Part shown: positions 25,653 through 35,173 of the stretch, one piece after another
How positions within the stretch are numbered: the stretch's first letter is position 1
How the letters are laid out: each line of letters begins with the position of its first letter
From: Clostridia bacterium
Lineage (GTDB): Bacteria; Bacillota; Clostridia; Oscillospirales; CAG-272
Assembly: GCA_017443595.1 (NCBI GenBank)
Contig: JAFSYU010000033.1
Span: 14,549 to 78,548 of the forward strand
DNA length: 64,000 nucleotides
Direction of reading: 5' to 3'
Notes under the pieces: model-generated
Seen by the model: only the letters and a program-made list of their open reading frames with translations
Told to the model about the DNA's origin: nothing
Database searches by the model: none
Translations under genes and position numbers: made by a program

Positions 25653-27100
25653 CAGAAAAGAATTATACTTTATTATGTGACTTTTACGAATTAACAATGG
25701 GCAACGGATATCTGATCAGCGGCAAAAAGGATCAGATATGCTATTTTGACGTGTTTTTCCGTCACATTCCCGATAACGGCGGATACGCCGTCACAGCGGG
25801 ACTGCAGCAGGTCATAGAATATATAAACGGTCTGCATTTTGACGGTGACGACATTGAGTTTTTACGCAAAAAAGGCGTTTTTTCAGAAGAATTCCTTACG
25901 TATTTAAAGAATTTTTATTTTACGGGCGATATTTGGGCAATACCCGAGGGAACGCCCGTTTTTCCGCACGAGCCGGTATTGACGGTACGCGCAAAAGCGC
26001 CGGAAGCTCAGCTTGTTGAAACGTTTATACTGCTGTCGCTCAACCACCAGTCGCTCATCGCCACAAAATCCAGCAGGATAGTAAGGGCGGCGAAGGGAAG
26101 AGCGGTTTCCGAATTCGGATCCCGTCGCGCACAGGGCGCGGACGGCGCTGTGCTCGGCGCAAGAGCCGCGTATATCGCCGGAGCCGCGGGCACGGCGTGC
26201 GCGCTGTCCGATAAAGAATACGGCGTTCCGGCAGGCGGTACGATGGCTCATTCGTGGGTGCAGATGTTTGACTCCGAGTATGAGGCGTTTGATACGTACT
26301 GCAAGATATATCCTAAGGCGGCAACGCTGTTAGTTGACACGTACAACGTTTTAAGAGACGGCGTACCGGACGCGATAAAAGCGTTTGACAATAACTTCGG
26401 TCCCGAAAGACGCGACGTAAATCTCGGTATCAGGATAGACTCGGGCGATATAGCGTATCTTTCCCGCCGTGCGCGAGAAATGCTTGATAAAGCGGGATAT
26501 CCGCACTGCAAGATAGTAGCTTCAAACTCGCTTGACGAATTCATGATACGCGATATTTTGAATCAGGGCGCGTGCATAGACGCTTTCGGCGTCGGTGAAC
26601 GTCTGATAACGAGTAAGAGCGAGCCGGTCTTTGACGGCGTTTACAAGCTCGCCGCCGTGGAAGATGACCGCGGAAAAATAATACCTAAAATAAAGATAAG
26701 CGAAAACACGTCCAAAATAACAAATCCGCATTTTAAAACCGTTTACCGCCTGTTTGACAGAAAGACGGGAAAGGCTCTGGCGGATCAGATATGCGTTTAC
26801 GACGAGGTCATAGACGATGACAAACCGCTTGAGATATTCGACCCGGACTACACCTGGAAGCGCAAGACGTTAAGCGATTTCAAAGCGGTAAAGCTTATGA
26901 AACAGATATTCAAAGACGGCGAACTCGTATATGATATGCCGGATATTGAAGAGATAAAAAAATACTGCAATTCTCAAATGGAAACGCTCTGGGACGAGGT
27001 CACGAGATTTGAAAACCCGCATGAGTATTACGTGGACCTGTCCGAAAAGCTCTGGAGCGTAAAGAAAGAAATGCTTGATAACAACGGAAGAAGGCAATAA
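25649..27100 (+). CDS. pncB: Nicotinate phosphoribosyltransferase
   Basis: 483 aa. LLCDFYELTMGNGY, EFGSRRAQG and GGTMAHSWVQ. Confidence 0.9.
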   Translation: MTEKNYTLLCDFYELTMGNGYLISGKKDQICYFDVFFRHIPDNGGYAVTAGLQQVIEYINGLHFDGDDIEFLRKKGVFSEEFLTYLKNFYFTGDIWAIPEGTPVFPHEPVLTVRAKAPEAQLVETFILLSLNHQSLIATKSSRIVRAAKGRAVSEFGSRRAQGADGAVLGARAAYIAGAAGTACALSDKEYGVPAGGTMAHSWVQMFDSEYEAFDTYCKIYPKAATLLVDTYNVLRDGVPDAIKAFDNNFGPERRDVNLGIRIDSGDIAYLSRRAREMLDKAGYPHCKIVASNSLDEFMIRDILNQGACIDAFGVGERLITSKSEPVFDGVYKLAAVEDDRGKIIPKIKISENTSKITNPHFKTVYRLFDRKTGKALADQICVYDEVIDDDKPLEIFDPDYTWKRKTLSDFKAVKLMKQIFKDGELVYDMPDIEEIKKYCNSQMETLWDEVTRFENPHEYYVDLSEKLWSVKKEMLDNNGRRQ

Positions 27101-27101
27101 A

Positions 27102-27935
27102 ATGAATTACGGATACTATAACGGAGAATACGCTCCGCTTGATGAATTAAAAGCGCCTGTGCTGGACCGCGCGATGTACTTCGGCGACGGTATTTATGAC
27201 GTTACAACGTACGTAGGCGGCAGATATTTCGCAATGGACAGCCACTATGAGCGCTTTGTAAACAGCTGCAGGATGATAAATATTGACCCTGTATGGTCGT
27301 GTGAAGAGTTGACGGGCATATTTGATAAACTCGTTGAGCTTACAAAACCTGAAGGCGACGCGCTGATATATTTCCAGGCGTCACGCGGCACGGCTCTGCG
27401 CGACCATAAGTATAATGAAGAAATAAAACCGAATCTTTTCGCGTACGCAAAGCCCATAAACCGCGTTGATATGTCGGGCAAAGTCAAAATGATAACGGAG
27501 CCCGATATTCGCTTTGAGATGTGCAACGTAAAGACGCTGAATCTTTTGCCTAACGTCATGGCGGCGCAGAAAGCGTCAAAAGCCGGCTGCTACGAAGCGG
27601 CGCTTCACAGAGGCGAAACGGTCACGGAAGGCTCGCATTCGTCTATACTTATAATATCCGGCGGCAAAGTCATCATCCCGCCGCTTACAAAATACATACT
27701 CCCGTCCGTAACGCGCAAATACGTGTTAAAAATCTGCGAAGAACTGGGTCTGCCGCAAAAGATACGCACGTTTACGGTGGATGAAATGATGAGTGCGGAC
27801 GAGGTCATAGTCGGCTCGGCTTCGGCTATGTTCCGCAGAGTTTCCGAAATTGACGGCAAGCCCGTCGGCGGAAAAGCGGAAGCGCTGTTCAATACGCTTG
27901 CTGAAGCGTATAAGGATAAGTACGAGAACGAATAA
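27102..27935 (+). CDS. Class IV aminotransferase (D-amino-acid aminotransferase-like)
   Basis: YNGEYAPLDELKAPVLDRAMYFGDGIYDV...HYERFVNSC. The likely start is ATG at 27102, right after the pncB stop. Confidence 0.7.
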   Translation: MNYGYYNGEYAPLDELKAPVLDRAMYFGDGIYDVTTYVGGRYFAMDSHYERFVNSCRMINIDPVWSCEELTGIFDKLVELTKPEGDALIYFQASRGTALRDHKYNEEIKPNLFAYAKPINRVDMSGKVKMITEPDIRFEMCNVKTLNLLPNVMAAQKASKAGCYEAALHRGETVTEGSHSSILIISGGKVIIPPLTKYILPSVTRKYVLKICEELGLPQKIRTFTVDEMMSADEVIVGSASAMFRRVSEIDGKPVGGKAEALFNTLAEAYKDKYENE

Positions 27936-28087
27936 GTAGGGGTCGGCGCCGCGACGACCCGTTCCATAAAATAAATAATATGAATTTTTTGTAAAAACTA
28001 AATTTGAGGTGAAACTTTCCGGGCTGTTTATGCGTCTGAATATATGAAAGCAAAGGAAAGCTGATTCGTATGAAAGAGGAGAAAAAA

Positions 28088-29134
28088 ATGAAAAGGATCA
28101 TAGCTTTATTTTTAGTTATGTATGTTATGATACTGACGGTAAGCTGTATGAACAAGGTCGAGCCCGCGGCGGGTGAGAGTGCGGAAATACCCGAAACGAC
28201 AAAAGCGGAGGAAACGGAAGAGAAAACTGAAACGACAAAAGCGGAGGAAACGGAAGAAGAAGGCGAGCCGGAACAGATAACGAGTGATTTTTCACCCGTT
28301 GCGGGAAAAAAATACGTTGCGTATATTTACGTGGAGTACGTATCAAAAGACGGCTTTGCAGGGAGCGGAAATTTCAATGACGGAGTTTACGTATCGTACC
28401 CCGGAGCAAAAAACTGTTTCGGAATCTTCAATACCGTGAAGATAGTTTTTGACGGCGCGGATTATAAAACAGAGGATAAAACGCTTCGCAACTCCGATCC
28501 CGATTTTGGCGACTTTACGACTAAACAAACCATAACGAAGGTCGTTTCAGCGCGTCAGTCTGACTATGAAGCGGGCGAACCGGTATTTGCCAAACCGATA
28601 ATATATCTATACCCGGAAAAAGATACCGTATGCAGCGTGAAGCTCGACGTCAGCGGCGGTATAACATGCTCGTACCCGGAATATAAAGAAAACGGCTGGG
28701 AAAACTTTACCGCAAAACCGGACGGCACGCTTATATTCCCGGATGGCAAAGAATACTACGCGCTTTACTGGGAAGGCAAAGGCGTGACCGGACTTGATAT
28801 GACGGCAGGCTTCTGCGTGAAAGGCTCCGATACAGCGTCGTTTTTATCCGATATCCTTCCGAAGCTCGGCCTGAACGCCAAAGAAGCAAATGAATTTATA
28901 ATCTACTGGCTGCCGAGAATGCAGAACAACGCGTATAACCTTATTTCTTTTCTGACTGCAGCATATACGGATAACGCAAAGCTGACGGTCACACCCGAGC
29001 CGGATACGGTGATACGCGTATTCATGGCGTACAAACCGCTGCAAAAGCAGGTCGAAATAGAACCGCAGACGATCGAAACACCGCAAAGAAACGGTTTCAC
29101 CGTCGTAGAATGGGGCGGAACGGAAATTAAATGA
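28088..29134 (+). CDS. Lipoprotein of unknown function with a TE-rich linker
   Basis: LTVSCMN lipobox. The linker holds an in-frame 36-nt tandem duplication (ETTKAEETEEKT twice). The conserved-looking core reads KPIIYLYPEKDTVCSVKLD...YALYWEGKG. Confidence 0.6.
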   Translation: MKRIIALFLVMYVMILTVSCMNKVEPAAGESAEIPETTKAEETEEKTETTKAEETEEEGEPEQITSDFSPVAGKKYVAYIYVEYVSKDGFAGSGNFNDGVYVSYPGAKNCFGIFNTVKIVFDGADYKTEDKTLRNSDPDFGDFTTKQTITKVVSARQSDYEAGEPVFAKPIIYLYPEKDTVCSVKLDVSGGITCSYPEYKENGWENFTAKPDGTLIFPDGKEYYALYWEGKGVTGLDMTAGFCVKGSDTASFLSDILPKLGLNAKEANEFIIYWLPRMQNNAYNLISFLTAAYTDNAKLTVTPEPDTVIRVFMAYKPLQKQVEIEPQTIETPQRNGFTVVEWGGTEIK

Positions 29135-29187
29135 AGACGCTTCGCTAATGAAGACGCTTCGCTAATGAAGACGCTTCGCTTATGAAG
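29130..29187. repeat. 17-bp tandem repeat, about 3.5 units, AATGAAGACGCTTCGCT
   Basis: AATGAAG words start at 29130, 29147 and 29164, with a degenerate TATGAAG at 29181. The stop codon of the upstream gene (TGA, 29132-29134) lies inside the first word. Confidence 0.9.
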
Positions 29188-29192
29188 AAAAC

Positions 29193-29226
29193 AACAAGCC
29201 GGGTACCGTAACGTATCCGGCTTGTT
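29193..29226. terminator. Bidirectional terminator hairpin
   Basis: AACAAGCCGG...CCGGCTTGTT followed by TTATTTATT, between convergent genes. Confidence 0.7.
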
Positions 29227-29230
29227 TTAT

Positions 29231-30652
29231 TTATTCCAGGTCATCAACAACGACGATCTTTACGGCGTCGCTGCTTTTCAAGAGTTTGTTGTATTTTGAT
29301 ATAAACCCGGACGGGCTTTTTCTTTTAAGCATATCGCGAAGCTTGACTGTCAGTGTCGGTGCGCCGTCGGTTATCTCGATCACCTCGGGCGGCGTATCGC
29401 ACAGCCACGTTTGAACTATCTGTTTGAATACATCTTCATACTGATAATAATAATCGTCTATCTCCCAGTTTGCCACGGACAAGAAAGTCGCGCCGCGCTG
29501 ATATGATATAAGTCCCTGATTTAAATACGCTTCCAGCGACGCCGCGTACTGCCGCGGTCCGTCTATTTCCTGCGCTATAAGCACGTTGTCGGGCAGAGAA
29601 GAGCGCACGTAATCCATTGAGAAATTGTGGTCGTACAGCGGCGCGTCGTCAAACCAGACTATGTCCACGTTCTCGCAAAGATCGGCAAAGCGCAGCGTAC
29701 AGCGCAGGTATGACGCCTCGTCAAACACGGATCCGAGCTGTAGTGTTATTTTGCTTTCCGGCGCGGCTTCTTTCTGCGCGGCGGCGAGTCTGTCTATAAA
29801 GCTTTTTAGCATTTCGTGTCTGAAATTATACCACAAGATCCCCAAAGCGTCTGTTGCGCCGCAGGACGGAGGCGCGACCTCATCAAACGAGGCGTAATTT
29901 TTGCCCGTCTCCTCGTTTAACTTTTCTATACTCCCGAATTTTTCAGATAGAGAAGATCTGAATCTGTTCACGGCTGCGTCCGAGTAATCGTACTGCGTGG
30001 TACACCAGTATTCCGTCTCGCAGTACGGCGTGAACGCGGGCAGGTAAAACAGGATATTATCGCCGAATTTGCTGTCAAAATGGCTTACCGCGTCTTTGTA
30101 AAACGTTACGGCTTTTTCCGTTGCCGTCTCGGACGCAAAGGACAGAGTCGCCCGCTCATAATAAACGTCGCCTATGCAGAGGTTTCCGTTCATATCGGCC
30201 TGTATCTCGTCGTCGGAGAGCATTTTATCGCCGTATCTGCGCGCAAAATCGATCGATACGGCGACGGGCAGGCCCTTTACGTTTATAACGTAGTCGAGCA
30301 TCTCGTCAAACGGCGAATAATCGATTTTTCCGTCCCCGTCCTGCATCAGATGCCACGGCATATGGACTTTTATCGCGTTGAAGCCGGTATTCACGACTGT
30401 GTCAACTATCGATCTGAATTCGTTTACATCGCGCAATCTGAAATTCCAGATCCTGAATATAAAGTATCTTTTCATCTCTTCATTCTGAACAAGCTCTTCA
30501 GTCTCCGCTTCCGTTTCGGTTTCCGTTTCCGTTATTTTTTCTGTCATTGTTTCGGTTTGCGTCTCCGACGTTTCGTCCGGCGTCGAAGCGCAGCCGGATA
30601 AAACCGCAGTAACAAGACAGGCCGCTAAAAGCGCCGATATCAGTTTTTTCAT
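29231..30652 (-). CDS. Lipoprotein, putative (beta/alpha)8 glycoside hydrolase (GH42-like N-terminal region)
   Basis: LSGCAS lipobox and a TE-rich linker. GFNAIKVHMPWHLMQDGDGKIDYSPFDEMLDYV resembles GH42/GH35-type barrels. The family assignment is tentative. Confidence 0.4.
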   Translation of the reverse strand: MKKLISALLAACLVTAVLSGCASTPDETSETQTETMTEKITETETETEAETEELVQNEEMKRYFIFRIWNFRLRDVNEFRSIVDTVVNTGFNAIKVHMPWHLMQDGDGKIDYSPFDEMLDYVINVKGLPVAVSIDFARRYGDKMLSDDEIQADMNGNLCIGDVYYERATLSFASETATEKAVTFYKDAVSHFDSKFGDNILFYLPAFTPYCETEYWCTTQYDYSDAAVNRFRSSLSEKFGSIEKLNEETGKNYASFDEVAPPSCGATDALGILWYNFRHEMLKSFIDRLAAAQKEAAPESKITLQLGSVFDEASYLRCTLRFADLCENVDIVWFDDAPLYDHNFSMDYVRSSLPDNVLIAQEIDGPRQYAASLEAYLNQGLISYQRGATFLSVANWEIDDYYYQYEDVFKQIVQTWLCDTPPEVIEITDGAPTLTVKLRDMLKRKSPSGFISKYNKLLKSSDAVKIVVVDDLE

Positions 30653-32328
30653 AATCCGGCATCTCCGTTTATCTTGATCATTCCGCCGCGCGGAACGGGG
30701 AATTTCTGCGGCTCAGACGACGCTTTGCCGGCTGATACGGGCCTGCCGTACATGTCAAATATCTCATAATCAAATCCGTTCCCGCCTGACGATACGATAT
30801 GATCGTACGAAGTGTCGTTGAAAACGTCCTCACGCTTGCCGGCGGGTGTGAAAAGAGGCTCGCCGTGCAGCACGGTGATCTTCTTTTCATCAGTTTCCGC
30901 GCACATTACCGGATAATTCAACTCGGGATGATACGCCGTGAATTTGCCGTGCATAAGTATATCAAGGTTATCCGTATAGTATTTTACAAATAACCTCACC
31001 AATTCAAGCTGATCCTTCGATATCTCGGTCAGGCGCACGGAGATCTGCGGTACGGAGAACATAATGTTCAAAAGCTGTCTCTGACAGTTGAGCGGAGACT
31101 CGCATTTGCCCCATAAAAGCATATCGGAATGGATCGCCGTTCTGCCGTTTAACAGACGCAGTGCGGCTATGCCTATGCGGTTCGTAATCGGGTCCGCGGC
31201 GCAGTCCGCGACGCGCAGCATATTGCAGCGGTTGACGATAGCCGCGCCCACGTAATTCTGACGGAATTCAAACAGGAAATCTTTGTTGATCTCCGTCATT
31301 TTCGCGTAGATCTCGTCCATTAAAATGACCGCCGCTTCGTCAAGCGTTTTCACGTCCATTTCATCGTTGAAAGGCGGTATGTGATCCGCGTCCATATTGA
31401 ACGCGTCTATAAAATCAAGCTTGAAGCCGTCTATACCGTAGTCGTTTACGTAGCGCAGAAGGATTTCCGTAATATGCCTGCGTATCGCCGGGTATCTTAT
31501 ATCAAGCACGCCCGCGCCGAAAGCGGGATGATCGAACGCGAATTTGTCTTTCAAGTGCTCGTATTCAGCCGATTCGTAACCTACAAACGGAACGGCGAAC
31601 CACAAAAGCATTTTTATGCCGTATGAATGTACTTTATCGCAAAATCCTTTGAAATCCGGGAATTTGTCTTTGGCGACTTCCCAGTCGCCGCATTTCTGAT
31701 ACGCGCCGGTGTTTTTGCCTTCAAACTGCCAGCCGTCGTCCAAAATGAACGTTTTGAAGCCCATTTTTGATGCGATCTCAAGCTCTTTTTCGAGTAAATA
31801 CTGCTCGGGCTCCTGGTGAAAATTGTACCAGGACGAATAAAGCGGCAGCTCCGCATTTTTCGGTATCGGTATCTGCCCGCCCGGCAAAAACGAGCGCATC
31901 CATTCGCCCGCGTCGTCAATCGCCTGACAGTAATATATTTCGCGCCTGTCAACGCGGAGAAGTACGTTTTCACCCCGGGTTTCAACTGTAAATATAATCT
32001 CGTCTCTTTGATTAAGATCGTCAATGGAAACGGTCAGATTTGAGCGTGAAACGGTATCGGACAAAGCGAGCGTGACGCGGTTTATCCCTTCCTGATCCAT
32101 TGTTGAAAGTACGGGCGAACCGCATTGATATACGGACGTCGATTGGTTCGGAAACCACCACTGTCTGAAGCTGTGGTCGCGTCCGCCGAGCGGCACCCAC
32201 GTTGAAAAAACGCCTCTCAGCTCCTCTGTCCATCTGTATTTTCCCTTGCCTATGAGTTTGTATATTTCTATTCCGTTTTCATTTGATACAGGATCTATGC
32301 TTATGTTTTCTTTTTCATATAATATCAT
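30649..32328 (-). CDS. Alpha-galactosidase-like glycoside hydrolase (GH36/melibiase-type)
   Basis: KTFILDDGWQFEG...CGDWEVAKDKFPDFKGFCDKVHSYGIKMLLWF and GFKLDFID. Confidence 0.55.
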   Translation of the reverse strand: MILYEKENISIDPVSNENGIEIYKLIGKGKYRWTEELRGVFSTWVPLGGRDHSFRQWWFPNQSTSVYQCGSPVLSTMDQEGINRVTLALSDTVSRSNLTVSIDDLNQRDEIIFTVETRGENVLLRVDRREIYYCQAIDDAGEWMRSFLPGGQIPIPKNAELPLYSSWYNFHQEPEQYLLEKELEIASKMGFKTFILDDGWQFEGKNTGAYQKCGDWEVAKDKFPDFKGFCDKVHSYGIKMLLWFAVPFVGYESAEYEHLKDKFAFDHPAFGAGVLDIRYPAIRRHITEILLRYVNDYGIDGFKLDFIDAFNMDADHIPPFNDEMDVKTLDEAAVILMDEIYAKMTEINKDFLFEFRQNYVGAAIVNRCNMLRVADCAADPITNRIGIAALRLLNGRTAIHSDMLLWGKCESPLNCQRQLLNIMFSVPQISVRLTEISKDQLELVRLFVKYYTDNLDILMHGKFTAYHPELNYPVMCAETDEKKITVLHGEPLFTPAGKREDVFNDTSYDHIVSSGGNGFDYEIFDMYGRPVSAGKASSEPQKFPVPRGGMIKINGDAGL

Positions 32329-32355
32329 ATTATCACCTTTTACTTTACTCCTTCA

Positions 32356-32490
32356 GTCTGCCGGAAATATCCGGCAGACAGCTCCCTCTGAGAGGGAGCC
32401 GACCTGCCTTCCCCTTTGGGGGAAGGTGTCACGCAGTGACGGATGAGGCGTTGCCTCCCTCATCGAGGGAGGTGGCACGGCGAAGCCGTG
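32356..32490. repeat. Six consecutive short GC-rich hairpins between two co-oriented genes (REP/BIME-like)
   Basis: GTCTGCCGG/CCGGCAGAC, GCTCCCTC/GAGGGAGC, CCTTCCCC/GGGGAAGG, GTCAC/GTGAC, CCTCCCTC/GAGGGAGG, CACGGC/GCCGTG. Confidence 0.8.
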
Positions 32491-32500
32491 ACGGAAGGAG

Positions 32501-34069
32501 TTATTTTCTGAACCTGAACACAAAATCAAGTCTTCCGAGAGGGGCGACGTCGCCGTTATCGTAAAAATCTTGCACTCTGACGTATTTTTTGGTGCTGTCC
32601 GCGGCTTTGAAGCAAACCGTGTCGCCGTCCGTCAGATCGGATACGGGCAGTTTATACGTTACCGATTTGTCTGATATTTCATATTTAATATCTTTGATCG
32701 GCGTTCTTATAAAATCTTTATCAAGACAACAGAGCTTGTCGGCAGATAAAACGAATTTTCCTTTTTCCGTCGTCACGAAAACGACCATAAGATCGCCGTC
32801 GCCTTTTATTATCGGATCTTTTGCATATACGGTAAATTCAATATTTTCACCGGTTTTGACCGCATCAATGCCGGTTATGGCGTTCCTGCCCGTGTCATTT
32901 ATATAATGCGTACCGTAACCGTCATTGTCGCGGTGCACAGCGCCGTCCGTCGTTGACGGATAATACGCTGCCTCGCCGTCTTTATGCACGGGTATTTTTG
33001 CAAAGCCTTTGTATTTGCGGACGTATGAAACAAGAAGCATAAAGTAGTTGTCAAAATATCCGTCGCGCATCATTTCAATATCGCGGCTGTATTCGCAGTT
33101 GCAGCAGTCAACGAACATGATGGGACGCTCGGGGATGCCCTGCCAGCGGCCGGCTATCCATTCGTTCCAGCCGGTTATCAGTACGACGGGCGGATCGGTT
33201 TCTATGGCGCGGTCAAACTGCTCGCTGAAATTATATCCGTAATTTACGGCGCCTTCGCTCTTGTCGTTTTCGCCGTTGTGGAAAGCCCTGCCTCTGTTCG
33301 TCGTCTCGTCGTAAAGCACGGAGTCACCGAATCTGATCTGCGGATGCTGTGCGACGGAGACGTTTATCACCTCGTCCTCGCCTTTTTCGTTTTTAAAAAC
33401 TCTCTGCGGACGTACGAAATCCATCCACGGCCAGCCGCCGACTTTGTCCGGCTCGTTAGGCCACTGGGATTTTTTGATATCAAAGAAATTCCGGCACTCT
33501 TCCGAACATTCTTCCTCTATTGCTATTATAAGCGGTTTTTTATTGTAAACGTACCACGTATCCGGGCAGAAATTCTGCTTATATATCGCGTCGTAAATCA
33601 TTTGCACGGTCTTACCGGACTGTGTGTTTGTATAAAACATCACGCGCGGGATCTTGAAGCCCTGGTCGTGATATTCCTGCAAAACGGACATGACTTTCTT
33701 TGCGTTTTTTTCGTATATGACGGCGTTAGTCGTGTCAAAGAACAGAAAGTCAATATCCGCCTGCATAAGAAGCTTCATATGTTTTCTTATGACCCATTCG
33801 TCGTCTGAGTAGTAATAGCCGTAAAACGGCTCGCCCCAGTGGTGCATCTGCCCTATATCGCCCCAGACTTCCGGGTGATATCCCGCCATGGGATCGGCTG
33901 CAACGATCTTTGAGATGTCAAGCGGCGCGTGTCTTCCGTGCTCGCCGCACCATAAAAAGTAAAACAAACCTACAGATCTGTTTTTTCTCGGCTCCCGGCA
34001 TTCGTCGGTCGGCGTTTTTCTGCCAAGCGCGTCAACTCCGAAAAGCAGTCCGTTTGAAAGATCTTTCAT
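32501..34069 (-). CDS. Hypothetical protein, possibly a glycoside hydrolase
   Basis: 522 aa with no signal peptide. VGLFYFLWCGEHG...WGEPFYGYYYSDDEWVIRKHMKLLMQADIDFLFFDTTN looks like a TIM-barrel glycosidase family that I cannot name with confidence. Confidence 0.35.
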   Translation of the reverse strand: MKDLSNGLLFGVDALGRKTPTDECREPRKNRSVGLFYFLWCGEHGRHAPLDISKIVAADPMAGYHPEVWGDIGQMHHWGEPFYGYYYSDDEWVIRKHMKLLMQADIDFLFFDTTNAVIYEKNAKKVMSVLQEYHDQGFKIPRVMFYTNTQSGKTVQMIYDAIYKQNFCPDTWYVYNKKPLIIAIEEECSEECRNFFDIKKSQWPNEPDKVGGWPWMDFVRPQRVFKNEKGEDEVINVSVAQHPQIRFGDSVLYDETTNRGRAFHNGENDKSEGAVNYGYNFSEQFDRAIETDPPVVLITGWNEWIAGRWQGIPERPIMFVDCCNCEYSRDIEMMRDGYFDNYFMLLVSYVRKYKGFAKIPVHKDGEAAYYPSTTDGAVHRDNDGYGTHYINDTGRNAITGIDAVKTGENIEFTVYAKDPIIKGDGDLMVVFVTTEKGKFVLSADKLCCLDKDFIRTPIKDIKYEISDKSVTYKLPVSDLTDGDTVCFKAADSTKKYVRVQDFYDNGDVAPLGRLDFVFRFRK

Positions 34070-34163
34070 AATAAACCTCGCAATAATTTATTTATTATGA
34101 TTTTATCACCTTTGTCCGCGGATTGCAATATAAATCGCCGCGTATTTAATTATTATTTACATA

Positions 34164-34192
34164 TTGACATAAAACGACGTTTGTGATATTAT
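34164..34192 (+). promoter_or_regulatory. Sigma-A consensus promoter with extended -10
   Basis: TTGACA (34164-34169), a 17-nt spacer, TGaTATTAT (TATTAT at 34187-34192). Confidence 0.6.
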
Positions 34193-34223
34193 GATAACGA
34201 TCAAATAAAGGAGGATAATTAAA

Positions 34224-34499
34224 GTGAAAAAAACTTATAACGTCCCGGCGGAATATACTCCCATATCCATGTGGGGATATTTCGGATATTCTATCCTTTT
34301 CAATATACCTGTTGTAGGATTTGTTTTCATTCTGATTTTTGCAATAGGATCAAAAAACGTTAATAAAAAGAATTTTGCAAGATCGTATTTCTGCGGCCTC
34401 ATACTTGCGCTTATCATCTGCGGCATAACGGCTCTCATTATCGGTCTGACAAGCGGTTTCGGCGCCGTAACGCAGTACTTTCAGCAGTTTATCAAATGA
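34224..34499 (+). CDS. Small membrane protein (91 aa)
   Basis: GTG start with an AAGGAGG RBS 9 nt upstream. Two or three hydrophobic helices. A 4-nt overlap with birA. Confidence 0.55.
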   Translation: MKKTYNVPAEYTPISMWGYFGYSILFNIPVVGFVFILIFAIGSKNVNKKNFARSYFCGLILALIICGITALIIGLTSGFGAVTQYFQQFIK

Positions 34500-35173
34500 T
34501 AATTACAAAAAAACATTATAAAGAACTGATATCCACAAACGATACGGCAAAGGAAACGGCGGAAAACGGCGCGCCCGAGGGCACGCTTGTCGTCGCGGAT
34601 CATCAAAGCGGCGGACGCGGCAGAGCAGGCCACACGTTTTATTCTCCCAAAGGGGGGATTTATATGAGCCTTATCCTGCGCCCGCGGTTTTCCGATTTTA
34701 CGCTCATAACGCCCGCCGCCGCCGTCGCCGTCTGCCGCGCTCTTGAAAGTCTCGGCTTTGACTGCGGCATCAAATGGGTAAACGATATATATAAAAACGG
34801 CAAAAAAGTCTGCGGCATATTAACGGAGTCAAATATAAATTCCGGCTGGGCGGTGCTCGGAATAGGTATAAACACGGTCTGCCCGGGTAAAGACGCGCCC
34901 GATATAGCCGGCTGGCTGTACGACAGCGACGCGGATAACGGACTTGTCACAGACAAAGTAATAGAAGAATTTACAAAAATATATGACAGCTTGCCCGACA
35001 AATCGTTTATTTCATATTACAGAGAAAAAAGTATTTTAAAAGGCAGAAAATTGCTGATAGACGGCGCGGAATATGATTATAAGGGCATAAACGACGATTT
35101 CAGCCTCGTTGTATCAGACGGGGAAAAAGAGGTAAAATTCATTTGCGGCGAGGTAAGCGTAAAACCGTTGTAA
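34496..35173 (+). CDS. birA: Biotin--[acetyl-CoA-carboxylase] ligase (class I, no HTH domain)
   Basis: HQSGGRGRAGHTFYSPKGGIYMSLIL and KWVNDIYKNGKKVCGIL. Confidence 0.85.
   Translation: MIITKKHYKELISTNDTAKETAENGAPEGTLVVADHQSGGRGRAGHTFYSPKGGIYMSLILRPRFSDFTLITPAAAVAVCRALESLGFDCGIKWVNDIYKNGKKVCGILTESNINSGWAVLGIGINTVCPGKDAPDIAGWLYDSDADNGLVTDKVIEEFTKIYDSLPDKSFISYYREKSILKGRKLLIDGAEYDYKGINDDFSLVVSDGEKEVKFICGEVSVKPL

Noticed and set aside
32381-32399. CTGAGA box suggesting a TPP riboswitch
   Set aside because: It is simply the loop of the GCTCCCTC-tga-GAGGGAGC hairpin. The other conserved TPP-aptamer elements are absent, and the context (between glycosidase genes) does not fit.
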